Shown: positions 53,090 to 64,000 of the stretch, piece after piece
How the letters are laid out: each line of letters opens with the position of its first letter
Numbering within the stretch: position 1 is the stretch's first letter
Origin: Basidiobolus meristosporus CBS 931.73
Lineage: Eukaryota; Fungi; Basidiobolomycota
NCBI GenBank assembly: GCA_002104905.1
Contig: MCFE01000177.1
Coordinates: forward strand, 1 to 64,000
Length of the DNA stretch: 64,000 nt
Reading direction: 5' to 3'
The notes under the pieces: generated by a model
The model's database searches: none
Told to the model about the DNA's origin: nothing
The model's input: the letters and a program-made list of their open reading frames with translations, nothing else
Program-made: the position numbers and the translations under genes

Positions 53090-53490
53090 AAGAGCCAGTT
53101 ACAAGCAGGGCTGAAAGCTCCAGACAAGCATCAAACAGACATCAGGTGGCTGGAAGAGTGCCAATTAGGGACAAGTAGGCAGACATGAATGCACCAGCAC
53201 AACATTTATCAAGGAGAAAGTGTTGTACCACTCAAGAAGCACTTGGTCAAAGTAGCAGTGAAGGACCTGACAGTAGTAAATACTAGCGGCTTTTCCAGGA
53301 GCCCATCAATACTACGCTTGAAAGCTCAGAACAAGCAGGAAAGAAATGTCAGGTTGCCAGAAGAGTGCCAGCAAACAATAAGCAGGCTGAAACAAATGCA
53401 TCAGAGCAGCATTTATCAAAGAGAAAACATAGTTTGTTACAAGAAGCACTGAGACAAAGTAGCAGTGGAAGACCTGGAAAAGGTAAAGGG
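53090..53490 (+). repeat. Diverged tandem duplication, period ~210 bp, within ORF2
   Basis: TGAAAGCTC..ACAAGCA, GAAGAGTGCCA, AATGCA.CAG..CA.CATTTATCAA.GAGAAA, CAAGAAGCACT, CAAAGTAGCAGTG each occur twice. Confidence 0.7.
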
Positions 53491-54597
53491 AAAATGTCTA
53501 CCCAAGCCTGAGACAGGGAAGCATACAACAAAAATGCAATCCTTGCCAATCAATGCTGCAAGCCCAGAACAGACTAAATCCAGTCATACCCTAAAAGAAT
53601 GACTAATAAGAAAATAGCTATTTTCACAAGAGTTGGAAGAGCAGCCAGTTGAGCTACACTTCAGCAAGGTAAATGAGTTTGCAGAAAAATGAAAATTGCC
53701 TGCCACAGCCTCCACACCCACCATTGCTGGCAGATTGGAGATTCCACCAACAGACAAGGCTACAATATCAAGAACTTGAAAGACTATCACAGTGCCTTCA
53801 ATGGAATTTCAAAACATTGATAGGCATACTAAGAGGTTGCAGCACTACTTCAAGAGCAGTGCTGATCTAACTTAAACATTCAAGCAGCATATCATAACAA
53901 TAAAGCCATTGAGTTCCCACCAAAGTTGTGGAACCAGAGCAATGCAGCAGAAATACTTATTGAGTTGTGCATTTTAATGCAGCTACATATTGAGCGTAGG
54001 GTTTAGGGACTTGTATTAGTCAATACAACTGGCAATTGAGGTACAGCTGAAATCTCAATAGAAGTCAATCAATTTGTACACATGAAAAGTAATTTAAATG
54101 GTTGAGTCAGAAAGTTAGAGTGTCTGGCATCAGAAAGTGAGCAAACTGGCAGGGAGCCAATCAAAAGCCACTTATAAATTGTTGTGATAAAAAACTTTGA
54201 CTAAGTTTTTTGTGAAATATGGGGTGCAATTATTTTTCAATGGTCTCTGGACAATGTCCTGACAGGATCAGTACCTATTAGTCACAGAACTTTGAGTTTG
54301 TGATGGCCTTTTGATGGGATCATTACAATGATATTTCATAGGATTGGATGCTTTGCTTCTTTGGCCTTTGGTATTGTGAGATGCTGTCACACCATATCAT
54401 ATTTCATGTGGTCATTACATCATCAAGTGATCTGTAAAGCTGTTCCAAGTGATTAGCCATTTTAGATTAATCCAGCCACTTAGCAGTGGTCAAGACATCA
54501 GCTGAATGATTATGCAACTTTCACTTACACTATTCACCTATAAGCACACATGTTGATTCTAATTAATCCAGCCTCTTAGCACTTACTAGTTCATCAG

Positions 54598-57364
54598 TAT
54601 CCATATTGTTTTTCCCAACACAACTGTTGATTTTCAAATTAAATTACTGAATGTATTCACTCCATCTTGTTATTCTGTTTGATAGTGCCTTCTATGTACC
54701 AACATACCTGGGTAAGGATTGATTTGTTCCCACAGTGCACTTGACTGCATCAACATAGCATTGCTGTGTCTGCAAGCAGCATATTATGGCAAGTATCTCC
54801 TTCTCATGTACTGGATAGTTGTGTTCTGCTGAGCTCAGCTTCTTGGATCCAAAAGCAACTGCATATTCTTTTGCCTCATGCTCTTGGCTCAGTACTCCAC
54901 CAATTGCATAATCTAAAGCACCTATGCAGAGAGTGCTCTTTTGTGAAGTCAGGTATTCTTAAGCTTGGCAGCTTAGCAAGTTCATAATTGGATGTCTGAA
55001 AGGCAGTCTCACAGTCTATCTCTCAAATTCAAGAAGTTGTCTTTCTTGAGGATATCAGTCAAAGGGGCTGCAATACTTTCTGGTCTTACCCTAATCTGGT
55101 TGTATCCTGACATGAAGTCAATCATGACAAACATTGTTGGTCCAATGGCTGATATATCCAAGGTATAGGGTATTTAATCTTCACAATGCTGAGTTAAGGG
55201 CTCTGATGTCAATGCTAATCCTAAGTACTTGATCCTTCTTTTTTGCAAAAGCACTGTTGCTTGCCAAGCTGACTCTCTGCACCTGAAGTATCTTTGCTTC
55301 AATAGCTGATCAGTTTGTCTCTTCATCTCTTCTGATTTCAATGGATTCATCCTACATGGTTTCTTGCTCACTGGTGGGCCATCTCCTATGTGAATAGAAT
55401 GACCCACATCTCTGACTAATAGTAGATCTACAAGTTCTTCTGGAAAAACATCTGAATATTCCGTCAGAAGAGTCAGGACTTCCCTGGGGAGCTGGAGTAA
55501 AGGAATCATCCTGTAATACTTGTATAAGAAACATTTAGGTACCTTTCCTAAGTGCGCTACAGAACTCCGTCCTGTTAGCTTCACTTGTGTCTATCCAAAT
55601 GAAGTTGACCAAATTGAAATCCACTCTGGCAAGTAGTAGCTCATAGCTCTGGTTATTTTTTAGGATCTGGGTGACATGGGTTTGTCAGTCAATTGCTGGA
55701 TTATGGATAAATTGCTATGTTTTTCCAAGTACCAGGTCAACTATGCAATTTGCAAATATATAAGCCTGTGGGTCTTCTTCATAGCCATTGATCTTTATTC
55801 CCACTGGCTGAGTAATATAGCTGACTATATGCACATTCCCTTCAGCACCTGAAACTGAAGTTGATTTGGTAAGTTCCAAGTTGATTGCAGCTTTCAAGGT
55901 AAATTGCTCTGTCAAGTGCTTGTGTGATGCCCCTGAGTCAATCATGATCATGGCGGCTACTCAATTGAATACTCCATTCAAATATCATAGTTTTCTTGCA
56001 CATGAGGCATCTAGGCTAAGTATTCTTCTCTCATATGAAAGGTAAATTTTATGTCTTTTTTGGCTTCATCCTCCATGTTGCTATCAATATGTTTGAAGGT
56101 TCTAGTTGACTTGTGTCTGCTACTTCTCTTAGGGCAGTTTTTTAATATGTGCCCATGCCGGAGGCAACTGAAACAAAGTCCTCTCTTGTTATATTCTTCT
56201 AATCTGGAATTCCTCTGCATAGCATCAATTTTTATTGGCATTGCTTCTGATTGTCTCCTTTCAGAGCAATTGTAGCTTATCTGACTAGTCACTGCAGGCA
56301 TTCCAACTCTACACATGCCTGCATAACAGTTGATGGTAGTCCTCTTAACTCCTTCAATGGTCTGAGGGCTCTGTTAACTCACTTCCTTGCAAGTCCATGG
56401 TTTCAACCCATTAATAAAGTATTCAACTTGATCAAGGGAGTCCATTCCTTCAGTCTGTCCAATTAGCCATCTAAACTCATATATACACTCCTGAAGCATT
56501 CCTTCCTGTCAGAGTGTCTTTAGCTTCCACCTTAGTAGTGGCTGCTGGTGTGAAGGTTCAAAAGCATTCTGAATTTCCAACACAAACTCATCCAGGTAGA
56601 GATAGTATAGCATTTCATCAAGGTAGCTGACCTGATCTTGATGTGATACCAATGTAAAGCTGCATCTGCTAAACAGGAAGCTGCATAATGTAACTTTCAT
56701 TCAAAGTCAAATCCTTGAGCCTTGAAAGCTTCTTCAATCTGAAAGAGCAATGTTCATTGGTTTTCACTGACTCTTCTATGGTGCCAGTTGACCTTAACAC
56801 TAAAATTGCTCTTCACAGGGCTCTGCTGATCCTGGGCCATGGTTGCCATTCTTTTTTGCTGCTGACTCAGGATCTGAAGTAGCTGTTTCAGTGGGGCCAG
56901 GTTTTGCTGCAGAGCATTATTCCATTCTTATTTTCTGACATCTTGAGGGGGCTTCTTTGTCCTTCAGGAGGGAGATCTCTAGTTAGCACTGCCACCAATG
57001 TTACAAGTCTTGATATAAGAGTTGTAGAGGAATAGGGAGTTCAGCTAAGATTGTACTCACTAAAACTTGAACCAAACATATTGAGATTCCAGCAGCTGCT
57101 TATATATCTTTTGCCTGATCAGTTGCTGACTAATTGTATTCCCTAATATAGATTATGGCAGATAACTCATTTAATTGCATCATCATCACCTTATAAGATC
57201 CTACTTATTACATCTATCACTGTTCAATAAGGATATGCAAATTCATCTGTTGACTTTTACTACCAACTTGCCAGATGACACTAATTCACTGATAGACAAA
57301 GCATAAAGCTAATTGATATGACTAAAACTGATATAATGAAGCATCCAGGCAGAAGATAATAACA
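54598..57364 (-). mobile_element. Ty3/gypsy sibling, internally deleted and 3'-truncated
   Basis: LTR 56999-57364, PBS TGGTGGCAG, gag, CFSCLRHGHILKNC knuckle, protease MIDSGASH, RT start, RNase H; RT core missing at ~55075; no integrase or 3' LTR. Confidence 0.85.
56999..57364 (-). repeat. Gypsy LTR (366 bp)
   Basis: TGTTACAAGTC...TAACA, homologous to 58893-59259 and 63411-63777 but more diverged. Confidence 0.82.
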
Positions 57365-57499
57365 GGTATTTATCTGCAGTTTTTTCTTTTAGTTTTATAT
57401 GCTTTTTTGATAATCAGCTGATTACCAAGCTTGGTATAATTGATAGTTAATCTTGTCTCTATTGAGAAAATACATCTTGTGCTGAGCCCCATAACCAGC

Positions 57500-57900
57500 A
57501 TCTGAAGTATTGAGAGATGTCTTTTAATGAAACATAGAATTCAACTGAGATTATTATGATATTCAGATTGCCTTTTCTCAGTTTTTTTTATGATGTCTCT
57601 ACATAATAATTCAAATGCTATCTGGTAGGATATCAATGAAAAGTCATCATATCACTGCATATATTGCAATCTTCTGCTCTTTAAGGCACTATGAGTAGTA
57701 CACTAACAAGTTTGGGGAGCTCAGGGGATTTATGCCATGAGCTATTGCAATTTAAGAAGTGTTTTAGTTATCAAGAGCATATCATGAAATAATGATAGTA
57801 GCTTAACTATCATTTATTCATAAAGAAGCTCAGTCTGTATACCTTTCTGGCAGTTGTACAACTGTAACATTAAGGATAGTTCTAACCGTCCAGGAGCATT
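57500..57900 (-). pseudogene. Possible Tc1/IS630-type DDE fragment
   Basis: CNSSWHKSPELPKLV...YPTR*HLNYYVE...KKLRK loosely resembles DNASFHK...PPYSPDLNPIE...LK; heavily decayed. Confidence 0.25.
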
Positions 57901-58892
57901 CTGTAACAGATTAAGGGTTAGTGCCTAACATTTGGCAAAGGTGCTAATTTGATGTTGACTGAAGAGGAATAGTCATAGCATCATAGATCCAAGAGAAGTG
58001 GCAAAGTCAGGGGTGTACATTAGTCCTACAGTCACCAACCTAGTCCAGAATTGCTAAGTAAGTTTTGATCTACTGAACAATACCAAATAGTTAGCTATTT
58101 TGACACTCCCCAAAACTAAACAATTTCTTAATTTGATTTCTCTCTGAGTCTCCAAACTGTAGCCTAGCTACTGGTTTTGTCAATATATTGCCACCATTTT
58201 GTCAGTTGGGGAGTAAACTAGCTCTACCAAGTTATTTCCCGCAAATACCCTCACAAAGTAGTGTTGTATAGCTATGTTCTTAGTACTGGCATGATTAGTT
58301 GGATTCTTAGCTAATAATACACAACTTTGATTTTACATGCAAATACATGTTGTTTCAAATGAGTTAAGCTCTTAGTCTTTAAAGCATTATTGGGACCATA
58401 TAGCCTCCTTAGTTGCTTGACAAGCAGCCATATATTCAGCTTCAGCTGTAGTGAGGGCCTCAGCTTGTTGTTTGTTACAATATCAAGTAGTAGCTGCACC
58501 AGCATATAGAGATACCAACCCAGTGGAAGAGCACCTGCTGGTCTAAGCCCTACCCAAAGTTGAATGACTACAGTCATTAAAACTACACCTATGAGCTGCT
58601 CTACAGTATTATGGAGCCATATCAATCTTGACATGTTAATACCAATAGGTATATAGGGTTTCCAACCATTGACTGGTAGGGAATGTCTTGGTCCATATTT
58701 GAGCTGTTTTCAGAGCAAACTGGCAGAGAGATATTTAATATGAATTTATTATCAATGGTGGTTGCTGCAGGCTTACAACTTTCCATTTGGAAGAAATTTA
58801 AGAATGTCCCTGATGTACTTTGACTACTTCAGAACAGTTTTCTGTGTAGGTCTGTCAGATCTGACTTCAATTCCAAGATAACAGCTCAATCA

Positions 58893-59259
58893 TGTTACAA
58901 GTCTTGGTATAATAGTTATAGAGGAATAGGGAGTTTAGCTAGTGTTGTATTCACTAAAACTTGAACTGATCTTTATTGAGGTTCCAGCAGCTCCTTATAT
59001 TCATTTTGTCAGATCAATTGCTGACTGATTGTATTTCCTAATGTAGGTTGTGGCTGATGACTCATTTGATTGCATCATCATCACCCAATGAGATCCTACT
59101 TAATATACCTATTTCTGTCTGATAAGGATCTGCTGATTCATTTGCTGACTAATGCTACTAATTTGATAGATAATACTGATATATTGATAACCTAAACATA
59201 TGCTAATTGATTTGACTAAAACTGATCTAACTTAAACATTCAAGCAGCAGTTCATAACA
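58893..59259 (-). repeat. Gypsy 3' LTR
   Basis: TGTTA...TAACA next to the polypurine tract. Confidence 0.92.
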
Positions 59260-62200
59260 TTCTCCCCTATTAAGGTTGAGAGGGTTCTCCTGAATCTCTT
59301 TTCTTGTGATACCAATATCTTTATGGTTCAGTATTATCAGCAAGTCTTGCAAGCTTGAGTCTGTCCCTTTGCACTAAGTCTTCCTGGATATTGCTTTGTT
59401 TGTCCACTAGTTGGTAAGTTGCAAATGGACATTCTCTGGTGATCTTGAATGGTCCTGTCTGTTGTGGCTCAAACTTCTTCCAAGTGTTGTTTCTTAGCAA
59501 TACAAAGTTCCCAACTATCAATGCTTCTGGTGCTATAGTCTTATCAAATCTCTGCTTCATCTTTTCTGTACTCTGAGATACTTTAGACTGTGCCTCTTGA
59601 TGTCTTTGTTCCAGTTGCTGGTGTCTACTTGCCAGACTGAGTTCATCTTCTAAGGTGTCTGTGAGCTTTGGTTGTGTGAGATCTCCTGCAAACCTAGGTT
59701 CACATCCATACACTAAGTAAAATGGCAATTGCTGGGTGATATTGTGTACTCTGACTCTGCATGCAAAGAGTGCTACTCTATATACTCAGCCCATCTGCTG
59801 ACAGCTTCATTTGCATACCTGGTCAGCATTTTTCCAAATAATCCATTAAACCATTCAGTGACTCCATTAGTTCTGGAGTGATATGCCAAGATTTTCAAGT
59901 GTTTGATCTGCTGCATTTCCAGGTAAGCTTCCAACGTCTTTGCCATAAAGTTTGCACCTCTATTGGATAGAATCTCTACAGTACATCCAAATTTCATAAG
60001 GATCTCATGGTAGATGAAACTTGCAACTTCTTGTTAACTGGCTAGAGGTACAGCTTTAGCAACTGGTTGTTTGGTGGCATGGTCAATTGCTACTAGGATC
60101 CAATGGTTGCACTTCTTAGAAGTTGGCAGTCTTCCAATAAAGTCAATTCCCCATCTTTCAAATGGTTTACCAGCTCCAAGGGAAAAAGTTCAGCAATTCT
60201 CTGTGGTTGGCCTTGATTGATTTGGCAATTTGGGCATGTTTTCACTAGCTTCTAAATGTCATGCTTCATTCTGGGCCAACATGCTCTGGCTTTCACAAGG
60301 CTGTAGGTTCCTTCAAATCCAAGATGCCCATATCCATTATGTAGCTTATGTATTAAATCTAGGCAGGAAACATAAGGGCAATAGGCAACAGGGATTCCAT
60401 CCACAATGTGGTGTAGTGTTTCATCCAGTATTATAAATTTGCTGGCTTCATACCAGATTATCTCCCTGATATCTTCATCCACCTCATTAGGAATGGCTTG
60501 GTCCTTCAAGTACTTTGGTAATAAGCTAGGTCAATCTGATTCATGCACCAAGTTGAGTTGTACAACTTGTTCTAATTTTGATAAGGCATCAGCAACCATG
60601 TTGTTTTTTCCAGGGCAGTAGGCAATCTTGAAGTTAAATTGCTGAATGTATTCACTCCATCTTGTCATTCTTCTAGAGAGTACCTTCTGAGTAAATATAT
60701 ATCTGAGGGAGGCATGATCAGTCTTCACAGTGCATTTGACTCCATCAATATAGCATCTCCATGTCTTCAAACAGTGAATTATGGCAAGCATCTCCTTTGC
60801 AAGCACTGGATAGTTTTGCTCTGCTGAGTTCAGTTTCTTGGATTCAAAGGCAACAGGGTAGTCCTTTTCCTCATGTTCTTGACTCAACACTCCACCAATT
60901 GCATAATCTGCACACCCATGCACAGAGTAAGCTCTTTTCTGTAGTCAGGTATTCTTAAGCTTGGTAGTTTAACAAGTTCATTCTTGAGTATCTGAAAGCC
61001 AGTCTCACAAGCTATGTCCCACTAATAGGTGTTGTCTTTCTTGAGGATATCAGTTAAATGGGCTGCAATGCTTGCAAAGGACTTGACAAATCTCCAATAA
61101 TAGGAAACCATTCCAAGGAATGATCTGAGTTCTGATATGCTATGGGGCTGCTTCAAGTTCTTGATAACTTCAACCTTCTTAGGGTCTAAGGTCACTCCTG
61201 TGCTAGTCACTATGTGTCCCAGATATTCAATGTGTTCCTTGAAGAATTCACACTTGGCTAGCTTTCCATATAGCTTGTTCTCTCTTAACTTCTTCAAGAC
61301 CTTTTCAATGTGTACCACATGATCTTCTTCTGTGTCGCTGTATATCAATATGTCATCCAGGTAGATTATCACAAACTTGTCTAAGTACTCCTGGAAAACA
61401 GTTGGCATCAGTGTCATGAATGTTGCAGGGGCATTGGTGAGGCCAAAACTCATGACTAAGTACTTGTAATGTCCATATCTGGTCCTGAATGCGGTCATAG
61501 AGATGTCCTCTGGCTTCACCCTAATCTGGTTGTATCCTGACATGAGGTCAATCTTGCTGAATATAGTGGCTCCATTGAGTTGGTCCAAAAGCTCATTAAT
61601 CCAAGGTATGGGGTACTTGCTCTTCACAGTAACTTAGTTGAGGGCTCTGTAGTCAATACACATCCTAAGAGTTCCATCCTTCTTCTTCACATAAGGAACT
61701 GGTGCTCTCCAGGGTGACTCTTTATCTCTTCCAACTCCAATGAACTCATTCTGTAAGGGTCTTAGTCACTGGGGTGCTATCTCCTGTGTCAATGGCATGA
61801 TCTACGTCTCTAACCTGTGGTAGGCTTACAAGTTCATCTGGGAGTATGTCTGAATATTCCTTCAAAAGAGTCTAGACCTTTTGGGGTACTGGTGTAGAAG
61901 AATCCTCCTGAAATACTGCCATGAAGAACATCTAGGTACCTTTTCTTAGTGCTCTACAGTACTGTGTCTTGCTAAGTTCACTTGTTTCACACACACTGGG
62001 ATTGACCAAGTTAAAATCCAGTCTGGCAGGTAATAGCTTGTAGATCTTGTTGGCCTTCTGTATCTGAGTAGCATGGGTTCTCCAGTTGTTTGATGGATTA
62101 CAACAAAATAGCCAGGTTTTCCCAAGTACAAGGGCAAACTTGCAGCTCTCAAATATATAGGCCTGTGGATAATCTTCATAGTCATTGATCTTCATCCTTA

Positions 62201-63410
62201 CTGTCAGAGTAGTATGGTGATTATGTGAGAGTTCCCATCAGCTGTTGAGACTGAAGTTGATTTGGTGGGTTCCAAGTTGATTCCAGCTTTCAAAGCAAAT
62301 TGCTCTGGCATATACTCATGCAATGCTCCTGAGTCAATCATGATTTTGGCAGTTACTCCATTGATTACTCTATTAAAGTATAATAGCTTTCCTGAGTTTG
62401 AGGTCATCTGGGAATGGTATTCTTCTGTCATATGGAAGGTGAGTTCTGAGTCTTCTTCAAGTTCATCCTCCATGTTACTATGCCCCTGGGCCTCAATATG
62501 GTTAAAGGTTCTTGATGGCTGGTATCCACTTCTTCTCTGAGGGTAGTACTTTGCAATATGTCCCTGCTGGTGGCAATTGAAGCAAAGTCCTTTCTTCTTA
62601 CATTCTTCTGAGGTAGGATTCTTCTGCATAGTGTCTATTTCCATTGGCACTGCTTCTGATTGTCTTCTTTTATAGTGATTATAGCTTCTCTGATTAGTCA
62701 TTGTGGGCTTCCCAACTCAAAACATGGCTAAGTCATAGTCAATGGTAATCTTGATGGCTTCTTCAATAGTCTGAGGTCTTTGATAATTTACTTCCTTACA
62801 AGTTCTTTCTTTTGACCCACCAATAAAGTATTCAACTTGATTCAGAGGGTCCATGCTTTCAATTTGTCCAAGTAAACACCTATCTTCACAGATGTACTCT
62901 TGGACCATTCCTCTCTGTCTGAGTGTCTTCAACTTTCTAAATAGTAGTGTCTGTTGGTGTGGGGGCTCAAAGGCATCCTGAATTTCCGACATAAACTCAT
63001 CCCAGGTAGAGATTGTAGAGGGTCCCATCATGGTGGATGACCTGATCTTGTTGTGGTACCACAGTAAAGCTGCATCTGCCAGGTAAGTGGCTGCATAATG
63101 TAACTTGCTTTTGGTAGCAATTCCCTTAGCCTTGAAAGCTTCTTCAATCTGGAAGAGCCAAGTTCCCAGGTTTTGATTGACTCTACCATGGTACCAGTTG
63201 ACTTTCACACTAAAGTTGCTCTTGACAGGGTTTTGCTGGCTTTGGGCCATGGTAGTCATTCTTTGTTGTTGCTGGCTAAGGATCTGGAGTAACAGTTGCT
63301 GCTGGGCCAGGATTTGCTGCATAGCATTCTTCCATTCTTGATTTTTGGACATCTTGAGGGAGGCTTCTTCTTTCTTCAGGAGGGAGGTCTCTGCTCATCA
63401 CTGCTACCAA

Positions 63411-63777
63411 TTTTACAAGTCTTTGTATAAGAGTTGTAGAGGAATAGGGAGTTCAGCTAGTATTGTATTCACTAAAACTTGAACTGATCTTCATTGAGGT
63501 TCCAGCAGCTCCTTACATACATTTTGCCAGATCAATTGCTGACTAATTATATTTCCTAATGTAGCTTGTGGCTGATGACTCATATGATGCATTATCACCA
63601 CCCAATAAGATCCTACTTAATATATCTATTTCTGTCTGATAAGGATCTGCTGATTCATTTGCTGACTAATGCTACTGATTTGATAGATAATACTGATATA
63701 TTGATAACCTAAACATATACTAATTGATTTGACTAAAAACTGATCTAACTTAAACATTCTAGCGGCAGTTCATAACA
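63411..63777 (-). repeat. Gypsy 5' LTR
   Basis: 367 bp next to the PBS; about 22 substitutions and 2 single-base indels versus the 3' LTR (~6%, counted by eye). Confidence 0.92.
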
Positions 63778-64000
63778 ATCAACCATTACGTTTCATCTCA
63801 GACTTGCTGAAGAGGTCTGCTTTTTGCTGTTTTAGTGCCTCCTGGTCACCTGTATCTGCTTATAGATTGCCCACAAAGACACCCAGGATAACCATTCACT
63901 TTTTAAGCTGTTTCACATTTACTGTGATTGCTAATCCTACAAGAGAAACCCAATCTTCATAGATGTATGTCAATCTGATTTTACCATGCTCTACAAGCTT

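Larger units (their letters stand above)
51400..53900 (+). pseudogene. CACTA ORF2 fossil (coiled-coil, helical domain, internal repeat), interrupted by a MITE
   Basis: KALIKQLGAVADRINVMSQRYQEIVQKQ; IRKAIKYNNEQ*AN|IQEAARSLACHHLKDGIPWDHQEFKAK*NALDLFHEHYPGIKQKNRFWASICMLRKY reads through once the MITE and one TSD are removed. Confidence 0.5.
48421..54343 (-). mobile_element. Full-length CACTA (CMC/EnSpm)-like element, 5923 bp including a nested MITE
   Basis: Terminal inverted repeat TCCTATGAAA...TTTCATAGGA; TTG at 48418-48420 and 54344-54346 (3-bp TSD); transposase on minus strand and ORF2 on plus strand inside. Confidence 0.72.
58893..63777 (-). mobile_element. Full-length Ty3/gypsy element, 4885 bp, degenerate, 4-bp TSD ATCA
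   Basis: 367-bp LTRs at 63411-63777 and 58893-59259; PBS TGGTAGCAG (63409-63401); PPT AATAGGGGAGAA (59271-59260); gag 62717-63352, protease MIDSGA, RT IYLDDILI, RNase H DYAIGGVL, integrase, GPF motif; ATCA at 58889-58892 and 63778-63781. Confidence 0.95.
57953..64000 (-). mobile_element. Second Copia family (RT-RNase H, PPT, putative 3' LTR), split by a nested gypsy and continuing beyond the window
   Basis: 63778-64000: ILGVFVGNL (YVDD remnant), SEMK; 58110-58892: YLGIEV, SKYIRDIL, DIPYQSMVG, KQQAEALTTAEAEYMAACQATKEAIW; GGGGAG PPT at 58111-58106 then TGTCA; putative LTR 58105-57953 not confirmable. Confidence 0.82.

Noticed and set aside
58311-58634. 107-aa ORF that looks like a membrane protein
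   Set aside because: It is an alternative frame of the Copia RT/RNase H fossil.
59321-59728. Chromodomain at the gypsy integrase C-terminus
   Set aside because: The frame ends soon after the GPF motif (DNTEP-stop) and is followed by the PPT; no chromodomain is visible.

Overview
Eukaryotic, fungal-type genomic DNA. Short GT-AG introns (55-124 nt), a fungal Tsp2-like tetraspanin and alpha-arrestins suggest an early-diverging fungus (inference; the taxon cannot be fixed from this window). The window has four compartments: (1) ~1-19.8 kb, normal CpG, with a CS-domain/Sel1-repeat gene, an 8-exon CaMKK/Sak1-like kinase (last intron probably GC-AG), two paralogous alpha-arrestins and several unidentified coding-like remnants; (2) ~19.8-32.6 kb, almost CpG-free fossil transposon block (two tail-to-tail Copia pieces, CACTA fragments, foldback MITEs); (3) ~32.6-42.1 kb, CpG-normal island with a tetraspanin and an intronless, probably GPI-anchored GH9 whose catalytic DAGD motif reads EAAN; (4) ~42.1-64 kb, CpG-free block with a DDE_Tnp_4 (PIF/Harbinger/ISL2EU-type) two-ORF element, a complete CACTA-like element with 3-bp TSD, two Ty3/gypsy siblings and a Copia RT split by a nested gypsy. 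The most unusual observations are a foldback family with GACTTGTTCC termini, ~345-bp arms and 5-bp TSDs that appears linked to the DDE_Tnp_4 element, and the non-canonical GH9 active site. No rRNA, tRNA gene or CRISPR array was seen. All alignments and counts were done by eye; edges of decayed elements are approximate unless a TSD or terminal motif is cited.
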